Positions 1 through 33,169 of a stretch of 64,000 nucleotides of DNA are shown here, piece after piece; positions within the stretch are counted from its first letter, which is position 1; every line of letters starts with the position of its first letter. The notes beneath the pieces were generated by a model. That model saw only the letters and a program-made list of their open reading frames with translations, searched no databases and was not told the DNA's origin. The stretch is from NCBI RefSeq assembly GCF_009914755.1, contig NC_060928.1; one strand, 5' to 3'. Position numbers and translations under genes: made by a program. Source of the stretch: the human T2T-CHM13v2.0 reference genome, Homo sapiens.

Positions 1-676
1 TGCTTGGACCTGGGAGGCGGAGGTTGCAGTGGGCTGAGAACAGGACACTGCGTTCCAGCCTGGGTGACAGCAGGACTCTGTCTCAAAAAAAAAAAACCTT
101 CGTATTAGGCCAGGCGTGGTGACTTATACTTGTAATCCCAGCATTTTACGAGGCCAAGGCAGGAGGATGCTTGAGGCCAGGAGTTTGAGACCAGCCTGGG
201 CAATATAGCATGACCCTGTTTCTACAAAAAAAAAATTTTTTTTTTAATTAGCTGGGTGGAGTGTCTGTAGTCTAGCTACTCAGGAGGTTGAGGCAGGAGG
301 ATCACTTGAACCCAGGAAGTCAACATCAGCCTGGGCAACGTAGCAAGACCCTATCTTACAAAAAAACTTTTTTTGGCTGAGTGGGGTGGCTCACCCCTGT
401 AATCTCAGCACTTTGGGAGGCCCAGGCAAGCAGATCACTTGAGGTCAGGAGTTCAAGACCAGCCTGGCCAACATGGTGAAACCCCATCTCTAGTAAAAAT
501 ACAAAAAGTTAGCTGGGCGTGGTGACACATGCCTGTGATCCCAGCTACTCAGGAAGCTAAAGCAGAGAATTGCTGGAACCTGGGAGGCAGAGGCTGCAGT
601 GAGCCGAGATCATGCCACTGCACTCCAGCCTGGGAGACAGAGCAAGACTCCAACTCAAAAAAAAAAAAAAAAAAAA
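1..676 (+). mobile_element. Tandem Alu cluster (right-arm remnant, AluJ-like, AluS-like)
   Basis: GGCCAGGCGTGGTG starts, B-box GAGTTTGAGACC/GAGTTCAAGACC, A-rich linkers and A tails. Confidence 0.92.
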
Positions 677-689
677 TTAACGCTTCATA

Positions 690-870
690 TTATCAAGCAC
701 TTATTATAAGCACTGTACATGAATGATCTAATTTATTCTCCATTACAATCTAATATGGTAAGTATTATCTGGTTTATTATTCCCACTTACAGATAAGAAG
801 CCAAGACTTAGAGAATTTTAAGAAGAATGCTGAAAGTCCAGCAGCTAGTAAAGTGGGAGCATCAGGGTCA
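690..870 (-). mobile_element. MIR fragment
   Basis: TATTATTCCCACTTACAGATAAGAAG...AGCTAGTAAAGTGG resembles the reverse-complemented MIR core; similar core again at about 1615-1745. Confidence 0.55.
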
Positions 871-979
871 AAGTAGGGGATCCTACAAGGCATGTATCGT
901 TAACATAAGTTATAACCAACATCACAAAATGTGTCAGACATTCTCCTAAGCAGTTTGTTTATAGGTATCAGCTAATTTA

Positions 980-1597
<618 letters not shown>

Positions 1598-1780
1598 AGG
1601 TATGAAGTATGTATAATTATTATTCCCATTTTATAGATCAAGAAACCAAGAGGAGTTAAGCAAGATATTCAAGGTCACCAACTAGTGAAAAGCATAGCCA
1701 GAATTGGAATCCAGGAAGTTTAATTCTAGGGCCTATGTTCTCAACCAGTAAGCAATTTTTTAAAAAGTTATTATAACTTG

Positions 1781-2353
1781 GGCCAGGCGCGGTGGCTCAT
1801 GCCTGTAATCCCAGTGTTTTGGGAGGCCAAGGTGGAAGGACTTTAAGACCAGCCTGGGCAACATAGTGAGACCCCCATCTCTATAAAAAATATGTATTTT
1901 TAAATAGCTGGACATGGTAGCACATGCCTGTAGTCCTAGCACTTTGGGAGGCTGAAGCAGGCAGATCACTTGAGCTTGGGAGTTCAAGACCAGCCTGAGC
2001 AACATGGCAAAACCATGTCTCTAAAAAAAACAAACAAACAAACAAAAAAAAACCCAGGCGTGGTGGCTCACGCCTGTAATCCCAGCACTTTGGGAGGCCT
2101 AGGCGGGTGGATCACTTGAAGTCAGGAGTTTGAGACCAGCCTGGCCAACATGGTGAAACCCCGTCTCTACTAAAACTACAAAAATTAGCTGGGCATGGTG
2201 GTGAGCACTTGTAATCCCAGCTGCTCAGGGGGCTGAGGCAGAAGAATCAATTGAACCCAGGAGGCGGAGGTTGCAGTGAGCCAAGATTGCACCACTGAAC
2301 TCTAGCCTGGATAACAGAGCTGGACTCTGTCGCAAAAAAAAAAAAAAACAAAA
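1781..2353 (+). mobile_element. Alu cluster (AluJ-like arms plus AluS)
   Basis: Repeated Alu arms with A-rich tails. Confidence 0.9.
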
Positions 2354-2356
2354 GCA

Positions 2357-2472
2357 AAAATGCAGATTCTGATGCAGAAAGCCTGAGGTAGGGCCTAAGA
2401 TTCTGCATTTCTATAAGGCTCTCAGTGAGGACAGTGCTGCTGGCCAAGGTGGATCACACTTTGAGGAGCAAA
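2357..2472. mobile_element. MER5-type hAT-Charlie DNA transposon relic
   Basis: AAATGCAGATTC...GGGCCTAAGATTCTGCATTT...CACACTTTGAG matches the MER5 internal palindrome and end. Confidence 0.65.
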
Positions 2473-2514
2473 GTTCTGGCAAGGGGAGGGAGGGGAGAGG
2501 AGCAACATTAGAAC

Positions 2515-3477
<963 letters not shown>

Positions 3478-3623
3478 GGACCCTTAGTAACGCCTATGTT
3501 ATTGGGGTAGGAGGGGAATAAAAGGAGGCTCTGAAGGAGCCTGAGGGTGACAGGGGACTTGGCCTGAAAATGTCCTTGGAGAACCAGGACAGCGTGTTGT
3601 CAGAAAAGATACTATAGAAGCAT

Positions 3624-3943
3624 TTCTTTCTTTCTGTCTTTTTTTTTTTTTTTTTTTTTTTGAGCTGGAGTCTCACTTTGTCGCCCAGGCTGTAGTGCAG
3701 TGGTGCGATCTTGGCCCACTGCAGCCTCCACCTCCCAGGTTGAAGTGATTCTCCTGCCTCCGCCTCTGAGTAGCTGGGATTACAGGCGTGTGCCACCAAG
3801 TCCAGCTAAATTTTGTATTTTTAGTAGAGACAGGGTTTCGCCATTTTGGCCAGGCCGATCTCGAATTCCTGACCTCAAGTGAATCGTCCCGCTCGGCCTC
3901 CCAAAGTGCTGGGATTACAGACGTGAGCCAACGCACCCGGCCT
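3624..3943 (-). mobile_element. AluS
   Basis: Full dimer; TSD TATAGAAGCATTTC on both sides. Confidence 0.92.
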
Positions 3944-4674
3944 ATAGAAGCATTTCAAGGCAAAATAGTCAAAAGCAATACAAGCTAAGTGATGGTAAGG
4001 GGCCCTGCTGGTTTCTCAATTAAGAGGCAACTACAAAAAAAAAAAAAGAAAGAAAAGAAAAGGCTACTGATCAATGTAGTAAATGTGGTTTCTGTGAATA
4101 ATAGAAGCTGAAAGATTTTGTGATGTTGGGGTGTAGGGAGTGAATAGGGGAAGTAGAGCTAATCTCTTTTTCTAGAAAGAGAAAGAACAGTAGCTAAGGT
4201 GGATGGCAGGGGCAAATGAGAGAAAGACAGTGGGGCAGGGATGGCTTATGGGGAAGCTTGTTTGGTTTGGTTTTGCAGGTGTGACACCAGAAGCTATGGA
4301 GTTATGCAGAAAGGGAAAGGCATGAGGGAGAAATTGACCCAGAGAATGTGGGTGGCTTCTCCTCTCCTAAATAGACCATCATGTTTACTGAATGTCTGCA
4401 GTGTGGCAGCTCCAGGAATAAATAGGACACATCCTTGAGCTTCAAAGTCTTGATACTGAGGGAGCTTTGTGCCTTTTCTGTGAAACTTTGAGAGACGGCA
4501 GTAAAATGGGCGTGGGGTTCACGATGAACAATCTTTTCTACATGAGGCCCAATTCAAGAAAGATACACATGTTTCTGGTAACCAGTTTTCCTCACAATTG
4601 AGTTGAAACATTCTTTATTTCTCCATCACTGGAGAGTTCAATTTTTAACCTAAAATTCCAAAACAGCACCATAC

Positions 4675-5700
<1,026 letters not shown>

Positions 5701-5829
5701 TTATCAGTAGCACCCCCTGCAGTACGAAGCAACAACACTGGGTCTCTAGAGCAATGTTGAGTGAGACAGGCCACATGGGGTTATTGAAGGGGATAAAACA
5801 TGGGGTTAGGTTAGAGATTTGGTGCTGAA

Positions 5830-6482
5830 GGACTGGGCAAGGTGGCCCATGCCTGTAATCCCAGCATTTTGGGAAGCCAAGGCAGAAGGATCACTTGAAT
5901 CCAGGAGTTTGAGACCAGCCTGGGCAACATAGCAAAACATCATCTTTACAAAAAAATTAAAAAAAAAAAAAAAAAAAATTGGCCGAGCGCAGCCCACGCC
6001 TGTAATCTCAGCACTTCAGGAGGCCAAGGCAGGTGGATCATCTGAGGTCAGGAGTTTGAGACCAGCCTGGCCAATATGGTGAAACCCTGTCTCTACTAAA
6101 AATACAAAAATTAGTTGGGCATAATGGCGGATGCCTGTAATCCCAGCTACTCGGGAGGCTTTGGCAGGAGAAATGCTTGAACCCGGGAAGCGGAGTTTGC
6201 AGCAAGCCAAGACGGTGCCATTGCACTCCAGCCTGGGTGACAAGAGCAAAACTCCATCTCAAAAAAGAAAAAGAAAAAGAAATTAGCCAGGCATGCTACA
6301 TTACTATGTACATGCTACAGGCATTAGTGCATGCCTGTAGTCCCAGGTACTCAGGAGGCAGAGGTGGGAGGATCATTTGATTCTGGGAAGTTGAGGCTAC
6401 AGTGAGCCACGATTGTGTCACTGCACTCCAACCTGCGTGACAGAGCGAAACCCTGTCTCAAAAAAAAAAAAAAAAAAAAAAA
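5830..6482 (+). mobile_element. AluJ with AluS inserted in its central A linker
   Basis: Left arm, complete second Alu at about 5980-6280, then right arm; TSD AGAGATTTGG. Confidence 0.88.
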
Positions 6483-7652
6483 GAGATTTGGCATTGCGAT
6501 GCAGTCACAGACCAGGGACAACGGCAAAAATTCCAGCCCTTTGGAAAAATTCGACATCTGATGTCAACTGGAGGCAGAGGCTGCTATCTTAGTGGTAGCG
6601 AGTGGGTTACAGAGTAAAGTGTAGTGTGCAGGGCCTAAATAAGAGGGTGAGGGCCATGGTGCAAAAGCCTTCCAGAAACCTCCATCCGCCCCTAGCTTCT
6701 CTCAGCCTAAACAAGGATAAAAGAGAATTCAAGTATTCAGACCCCACCCAGCCCATCCTTCTGAATAGACTCTGCAGTCCATTAAGTTGCTCTGCAGATT
6801 TCCAGAGGAGTTGAAGTTCGATCCTCCCCCAATTCTGCAACCCAAATCAGCCCCCTAGGGGTTTATGTAACTATTGTTTCTGGTTTTCATTCATATGCAA
6901 ATGTTCAAAACCTGACCATCACAGAACTGCCCCCAGGGAGCAAACAAGCTTTAGATGCATCATAAAGGTGCTCATTTTCCTTCCAGCTTGAAAGTGCCTA
7001 CAGGTTTCCAGAATCAGACAATTGGAGATTCAGGGATGCCTCTAGCAACTTGGCTTTAGAGGAGCTCAATGCCTCTAGCCCTGGGCCAATGCCTCCTCTG
7101 CTGTGCTCTCTGGGGCTTTCTCTGTCCTCTGCCCCTCTCCATCCCCTCGGCATTCAGAGCCCTCTTAAAGCAGTTGGGCCCAAATAAAGGAAGAACAATT
7201 GCAGTTCTTTCCTTCAAGGATAAGTGCTTATATAGGCAGTGATGTATGATGCATGGTTCAGGATTGGCTCTACAGATAGTGAGTTTCAGGCTGCAATAAG
7301 CCATGATTGCGCCACTGCACACCAGCCGGAGCCACAGAAGGAGACCCTGTCTCTAAACAAACAAAACAAAACAATTTGAGGTTTTCCCAGGTGGGCAGAG
7401 GCCAGGAATTTTGTCCAGGCTTTTGTCTGTCTATTTTGCCTGCCTGGGATGCCCTCCCTCATTTATCTTCCAGAAAGCCTTTCTAGGACCCCTGAGTCTG
7501 GGTTAGTTTTCCATGGTACTTGGAGAACACCCCAAAGATATCACCTACTGTATAGTAATGTAGTTCCTTGGGCATAGAACTGTTCCATTTTATTCATCTT
7601 GGAATTCGAGTGCCTTTCAAAAGTTCCAGGCACTCAGTAGGCCCTCATAAAT

Positions 7653-9017
<1,365 letters not shown>

Positions 9018-9074
9018 GGCTACTGAAGTTATCCAGGTGAGAGTTGACTGGGCTGAAGCTAAACAGATGACTGC

Positions 9075-11578
<2,504 letters not shown>

Positions 11579-11639
11579 GTTAACCTCTGGAAAAAATGAA
11601 GCCTATAAGGAAATGATATAAACCATGGGGAAAAAACAT

Positions 11640-12274
11640 TTTTTTTAAATTTCAGTAGTTTTTGAGGTACAGGCAGTTTTTGGTTCCATGGATAAGCTCT
11701 TTAGTGATGATTTCTGAGATTTTGGTGCCCTTGTCACCCGAGCAGTGTACCCTGTACCCAATGTGTAGTCTTTTATTCCTCACCACCCCACCCTTCCCTC
11801 TGAGTCCCCAAAGTCCATTATATAATTCTTATGCCTTTGTATCTTCATAGTTTAGCTCCCACTTATCAATGAGAATCTATGGTATTTGGTTTTCCATTCC
11901 TGAGTTACTTCACTTAGAATAATGACCTCCAGCTCCATCCAACTTGCTTCAAAGGCCATTATTTCATTTTGTTTTATGGCTGAGTAGTATTCCATGGTAT
12001 TTATATATACCACATTTTCTTTATCCACTCGTTGGTTGATGGGCATTTAGGTTGGTTCCATAGTTTTGCAATTATGAATTGCGCTGCTATAAAGACACTT
12101 GTGTGTGCAAGTGTCTTTTTCATGTAATGGCTTCTTTTCTTCTGGGTAGATACCCAGCAGTGGGATTGCTGTCGAATGGTAGTTCTACTTTTAGTTCTTT
12201 AAGGAATATCCATACTGTTTTCCATAGTGGTTGTACTAATTTACTTTCCCATCAGCAATGTAAAAGTGTTCCCT
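11640..12274 (-). mobile_element. 5'-truncated L1 (L1PB-like 3' end)
   Basis: ORF 11852-12046 is the ORF2 C-terminus (YTMEYYSAIK...WMELEVIILSEVTQEWKTKY..FSLISGS); L1PB-type 3' UTR. Confidence 0.85.
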
Positions 12275-12336
12275 GAGAAAAGCTTTTTAGTAGAGAAAAG
12301 TTGACTTTCCTGTATCAGTGTTAGGGTTAACAATTA

Positions 12337-12799
<463 letters not shown>

Positions 12800-12911
12800 C
12801 TACTATGCACACACTCACACACACAAAATAAAAGTACAAATTTTATAAAAACAATACTTACCCTGATTATGTACTATGTACTCAAATTTTTATATTCTAT
12901 GTCTCTTAAAA

Positions 12912-12914
<3 letters not shown>

Positions 12915-12966
<52 letters not shown>

Positions 12967-13245
12967 AGACGGAGTCTCGCTGTCGCCCAGGCTGGAGTGC
13001 AGTGGCGCAATCTCGGCTCACTGCAGGCTCCGCCCCCTGGGGTTCACGCCATTCTCCTGCCTCAGCCTCCCGAGTAGCTGGGACTACAGGCGCCCGCCAC
13101 CTCGCCCGGCTAATTTTTTGTATTTTTAGTAGAGACGGGGTTTCACCGTGTTAGCCAGGATGGTCTCGATCTCCTGACCTCGTGATCCGCCCGCCTCGGC
13201 CTCCCAAAGTGCTGGGATTACAGGCGTGAGCCACCGCGCCCGGCC
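12915..13245 (-). mobile_element. Young AluY (AluYe5-type)
   Basis: Minus strand GAACCCCAGGGGGCGGAGCCTGCAG and GACAGCGAGACT; CpGs essentially intact; 51-nt pure T tract; TSD AAAAATATTTT at 12908 and 13246. Confidence 0.9.
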
Positions 13246-13337
13246 AAAAATATTTTATGTTAAGAACCATTAAATTTTTTGTAACATTTTATGAACTATT
13301 AAAAGGTTATGACATGCAGGTTGAAAATGCTGCTCTG

Positions 13338-14278
<941 letters not shown>

Positions 14279-14587
14279 TTACATATTGACTAGTTGACAA
14301 AAATATGACCACAGGCTCAACAGAATCTAACCCTGCATTTCCCCCACAGGCAATGGTTCAATATTTGCTAATTCAGTGTTTATGGCAACTTTATAGAATA
14401 TAACTACTGCAAGTAACAAGAATTTACAGATTAGTGTTTGTATCTAAAGCTATGACTTTTCTTCTGAGCTAGGCCTTATATGTGTCTCAGAATTCTAATA
14501 TGTAGACTGTGCCTACGTAAGCTATGATCTGTCAGCTCCAAACCCAGAATTACTTTCCCAGTACCTTGAATCCTATATGCCAGTGGA

Positions 14588-17358
<2,771 letters not shown>

Positions 17359-17583
17359 GACTATTTGTTATGCTTATTTTGTTATGTTTTTAAATTCTCA
17401 ATCCTTTTAATTTAAAAAAAATCTGTTAAATTTTTAATATAGTTGAATGGTATCAAACTCAAAAGCTGCAAAGAACATACAAAGAGTTTCCCTCTCACCC
17501 CTATAATCCAGCTACCCAGTTCTCCTCTGGAAATAACTGATGTTACAACTTTCTCTATGTCCTTTTAGAGACAGTTTATACAT

Positions 17584-18290
<707 letters not shown>

Positions 18291-18448
18291 CGTATATAAA
18301 GCAAAAACATATATATTCTCTCCACTCCCCTTTCTCTACTGTTACTTTTGTGTATATTTTCCACACTGTTCTGCATTTGCCTTTTTTCACTTAACAATTT
18401 AACAATACAACCTGGAGATCATTAAATATCAGTACATTAAGTGTCAGC

Positions 18449-18745
18449 TTTTTTTTTTTTTTTTTTTTTTTCCAGATGGAGTCTTGCTCTGTCACCGAGG
18501 CTGGAGTGCAATGGCGCAATCTCAGCTCACTGCAACCTCCGCCTCCTGAGTTCAAACGATTCTCCTGCCTCAGCCTCCTGAGTAGTTGGGATTACACCAC
18601 CATGCCCGGCTAATTTTTGAATTTTTAGTAGAGAGGGCATTTCGCCATGTTGGTCAGGCTGGTCTCGAGCTCCTGACCTCAGGTGATCCACCCACCTTGG
18701 CCTCCCAAAGTGCTGGGATTACAGGCATGAGCCACCGTGCCCAGT
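18449..18745 (-). mobile_element. AluS
   Basis: Alu dimer with T tail. Confidence 0.9.
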
Positions 18746-19489
18746 CAATATAAAATTCTTAGAGTTCAAAAAACTTACCTTATAGATGACATTGAAATTT
18801 CAGTTTAATTCTTGTACAAGTATTGTAAATATTGTTGTTTCTAACACTCCAAAGTCTTGCTATTTGGCTTAATTTTTTATTTAAATAATGTACATATTTC
18901 CAGCTGCACTATAAACTACAGAGAGCAAAACTCAGGAAGGTGGCAAATAGTTCAGCTGTTTTACAGACCTGAGCCCTGGCAGAAGAGAAGAGGAAAAGGG
19001 GCTCTCCGCTGGACCGCTCCCACAGGCTCTTACTGTCCTTGAGGCATTTTCCTTGCCCAAATAAGAAGGAAAATTATTTTCCAGTCTTAAATCAAGTGCC
19101 AAAATTATTCTTGGAATTGCTCCCTTCATCTGTCCGTTTCAGTTTTTTCCCCATGGAGGTGTGGTCAGGGCAGCCAGAACTTCACCGTCAGAATCAGGAT
19201 TGGAACTTAATTGCTCCCACAGACAGCTGGTTTGGAAAAACTCCTTGCAAGGCAATTTTGATAAGGGATGAGAAAGATCAGAAAGCTGATACGTGTTGGA
19301 TCTGAAGCTCTAACCATACACCTGACTTGAGTCTTTCTACAGGGCTAGTGGCTAACAGAGATACAAAGGAATTAATCATCTTCGGGGATTTTTAGGAAAG
19401 AAAAGACAGAGGAGCTGAGTTCCACAAATTGTTAATGTTAGTCTCTAGCTCATTTCCCAAGTTCTTCATTTTCACTCTCCTGCTTAGTC

Positions 19490-19740
19490 CAGTCTAGTCA
19501 AGAGCGTGGGCTTTGGAGTCAGATGAACCTTAGCCACATCCATGTTTGTCCCTTGTTGGCTGTGGGATCACAAGTAAATTAGCCTCCTAGAGATAGGGTC
19601 TCCACCAATAAGACCGGGAGCATGCTCTCCTCCTCTACCTTCCTGTCAGTGTTGAAGTGAGGATTAAAGAAAATCAACTATGGGCACGGTGTCTTGCATG
19701 GTCCTGACAAATAAGGCTCAGTAAATGTTAGTTCATTTCA
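19490..19740 (+). mobile_element. MIR fragment
   Basis: AAGAGCGTGGGCTTTGGAGTCAGA...GTGAGGATTAAA...GCTCAGTAAATGTTAG. Confidence 0.6.
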
Positions 19741-20309
19741 TATTATCACCTTTCTACCCCTCTGACCAATGGCCTAAAACTCATTCTTCTGGAGTTTATG
19801 GTCTTGACCAGTATTAAGTTAGAAAAGAAGCATTATGGTAAGGCAATCTAAGTGGGACCACTGGCTTCACCTGTACCTAAACTAGAATTTGGAATTTTTC
19901 TAAAAATCCATTCCTTTCAATGTGGTAAGATTTTCAAACCCTCTGAAATGTATTTTGCAGTGTCAACAGCCCCTCTGTGAGAAAAATCCATACCTCTGGG
20001 GGCAACTCTAACAGGTTTTGTAATCAAGTCAAAACTGCAGCTTATATTGAAACATTTCACAATCTTGTAAAGCAATTTAGATACAAATAGATGTTTTACA
20101 AAATCAGGTTCAAGTTTCTCTTTTCTTTCCTCTCCCTAGAGAATATAAAAGGCAGCTCTCAAAAAATAGGAAATGGTTTTATCATAGAGACTTTAGAAAT
20201 TATCTGAAACAAATGGTTTTGAGATGTTATACAGTACAAATATACAGTAGTGATTTACTTTAATTCAAATTATTTATTTATAGAAACCTAACAGGGACCA
20301 ATTTAACCA

Positions 20310-20726
20310 TAGTGGCAGACATTGGCTAGCTATTCACCAAATCTGTTTTTCTTCTGGGCACGCAGCTAGACTGTATTTCTCAACTTCACTTGCACTTAGG
20401 ATGTGCCAAGTAGAATGTGGTCAAAAATGATATACAGCCAGGCGTGGTGGCTCATGCCTGTAATCCCAGTACTTTGGTAGGCCAAGGCAGGAGAATTGCT
20501 GGAACCCAGGAGTTCAAGACTAACATGGGCAACATAGCAAGACCTTGTCTCTATAGCAATTACAAAAATTAGCTGGGCATGGTGGCTGGCAGGCGCCTGT
20601 AGTCCCAGCAACTCAGGAAGCTGAGATAGGAGGATCACTTGAGCCCAGGAGGTTGTGGCTGCAATGAGTGAGCTGTGATCACACCACTGCATTCCATCCT
20701 GTGCGACAGAGTGGGGGTGGGGGGAA

Positions 20727-20774
<48 letters not shown>

Positions 20775-20867
20775 CACTTCCAGACCTGGCCCATTAGAAC
20801 TGCATGCCATTTAACCTTCCTGGATGAAAGGAAGAAACATGACTCCCTGGACAATCTTGGGAGCTAC
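20310..20867 (+). mobile_element. MLT1 (H/G-like) LTR fragment with nested AluJ and (TA)n at 20731-20770
   Basis: CTGGGCACGCAGCTAGACTGTATTTCTCAAC...CACTTCCAGACCTGGCCCAT. Confidence 0.55.
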
Positions 20868-20945
20868 TTTTTTTTTTTTTTTTGAGACGGAGTCTCGCTC
20901 TGTTGCCCAGGCTGGAGTGCAGTGGCGCGATCTCGGCTCACTGCA
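20868..20945 (-). mobile_element. Short Alu 3' fragment without TSD
   Basis: T16 then GAGACGGAGTCTCGCTCTG...TCTCGGCTCACTGCA, ends abruptly. Confidence 0.9.
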
Positions 20946-21022
20946 TGAGCTTCAGCTCACCTTACAATGGGTAACACAGGCAACAGACAAATAAATAATA
21001 AGATTTCAAGCACTGATTATTA

Positions 21023-22315
<1,293 letters not shown>

Positions 22316-22561
22316 TACTTAGATGGAAAGTAAAGAAGAATAAAAGGAGTTAGAGAGAGGCCGGAAGGATCTTTTAGAAAAGGTGGTTGGGAAAGAGCTT
22401 TCTGTGCTGGTAGCATCTGACCAGAGACCTGAATGATACAAAGAAGCTAATCATACCAAGATCAGAAGGGACAATGAACTCTTAACAATTGTTCCTCTGA
22501 AACAAGTTATTTGTAGAAGGAAAACAAAGGTAACGACAGTATAAAAAAGAAAAGAAAACTA

Positions 22562-25398
<2,837 letters not shown>

Positions 25399-25436
25399 TA
25401 GTGTTAGTTTTATATATTGCAGATTGCAGAAGATGC

Positions 25437-25997
25437 TGTGATGTACTACCCAGAGTCTGTCCTTCAGGACTAAGGCACACAGTCCCCAGCTCCCATGAAT
25501 GCTGCCTGCTGACTACTCAGAATTCAATCCCTCCCCAGGAGCTGCCCATGGTCTGAGAGAGTTGAGTAAACCCAGGATCAGGACCCCTTCCCAGGGAAAG
25601 CCCACATCCAGTGACTGGCCAATTTGAAAGGTAGGTACAAAGGCCCAGCCCTCCCAGAGTGACCAACTTGTCCTGGTTTGCCTGGGACTTTCCTGGCTTT
25701 AAAACAGAAAGTCCCATGTCCTGAAAACCCAGGGCAAACTAGATAAACTGGGATGATTGGCCACCCTACTCTTGCCTCAATTTGGGACACCACTGATGAC
25801 CCACCTTCAGAACTCTCTCTGGGATCAATTGAGGCTCCCCCTGGGTTGTAAGAGCATCACAGTTCAACCTCTCCCTCTGCCCAGTCCTGCATCCCTTGCT
25901 CTCTGACAGGTGCTGCTCCTAGGGTGCTCCCCAGTGAACAGGCTGCATGTAACTCCCCAGCCCAGATCTGCTTCCAAGGGAACCTAGCCTGCTAGTA
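25437..25997 (+). mobile_element. LTR16-like ERVL LTR
   Basis: CCTTCAGGACTAAGGCAC, CCCACATCCAGTGACTGGCCAAT, TCTCCCTCTGCCCAGTCCTGC, TCTGCTTCCAAGGGAACC. Confidence 0.6.
25655..25768. mobile_element. MER81 hAT MITE inside the LTR16-like element
   Basis: Inverted ends CAGAGTGACCAAC...GATTGGCCACCCTA, internal GTCCTGGTTTGCCTGGGAC, 114 bp. Confidence 0.7.
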
Positions 25998-26290
25998 TAG
26001 CGAGTCCTAATAATCAAATGCATTTCTTGCTGGGAACCAAGGTCAAAAAGATTTGGAAGCCACTTCTACAGTAGATACTACCAGTTTGTAGTATTTACAT
26101 AGCACACCTCTTTTCCATTAATAATAGCATCCTGCTTCTTTTGGGGAAGTAGTACTACTCTGACTCAAGTCAGGGGTTCTTGTGGGCACCTCTAACTTCC
26201 AACTATCACCACAAGGCCTGTGACTCAATCTAGACCAATCAGAATAATTTCCTGGAATTTTTCTATTCATACTTAAAGAAAAAGACTCCT

Positions 26291-27842
<1,552 letters not shown>

Positions 27843-27979
27843 TTTTAACTCCTTTTCTGTAGTGCGGGTACATAATTGCTTCTTCCTTTTTATTTCCTCT
27901 GCACCTTTGTATTTCTTTAGCATTTATTTCATTCTATTTTACCTTAATGGTTTTCTTGAGGAACGACTTCATGGGTATG

Positions 27980-28394
27980 TGTATTAGTCAGTTGTAGCAT
28001 TACTAGGAAGGAATGCCTGAGACTGCGTAATTTAAGAAAAGAGGTTTAATTGGCTCACGGTTCTGCAGGCTTTACAGGAAGCATGGTGCTGACATCAGCT
28101 TCTGGCAAGGCCTCAGGAAGCTTCCAATCATGGTGCAAGGTGATGGGGAGCCAGCATGTCACATGGCCAGAGTGGGAGCAAAAAAGAGGGTGAGGCAGGT
28201 CCCACACTCCTCAACAACAAGATCACACGTGAACTCACTGAAGGAGAACTCACTCATCATCAAGAGAATAGTGTTAAGTCATTCATGAGGGATCCACCCA
28301 GTGATCCAGTCACCTCCCACCAGGCCCCACCTCCAACATTGGAAATCACATTTCAACATGAGATTTGGAGGCAACAAATATCCAAACCACATCA
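27980..28394 (-). mobile_element. MST (MSTA/B) MaLR solo LTR
   Basis: TGTATTAGTC...AAGAAAAGAGGTTTAATTGGCTCACGGTTCTGCAGG...CAAACCACATCA; perfect 5-bp TSD GTATG at 27975 and 28395. Confidence 0.88.
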
Positions 28395-28662
28395 GTATGC
28401 AACATGTATAGCCACATGGGGCCCCACAGTTAGAAGCACCCTGTGCTAGATATAATGTTCTGCTGTCACTGTCTTGAAATTCTCCTTTAAAAAAAATTTA
28501 ACAAGGGGCTCACATTTTCATTTTATATTGGCCTTGGCTTTCAGATTTATCTGTCCCAGAATTACAAAGGCAGAGACCCAGGGCTAAGAACCTGTCATGG
28601 ACACCTTTGGATTCCTCATGGCACCTTGAGAATGCCCACAGTACATGTTTTTAACATGAAGG

Positions 28663-33162
<4,500 letters not shown>

Positions 33163-33169
33163 GAGGGGC

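Noticed and set aside
226-245. A10T10 perfect palindrome
   Set aside because: Slippage-expanded Alu central linker; common
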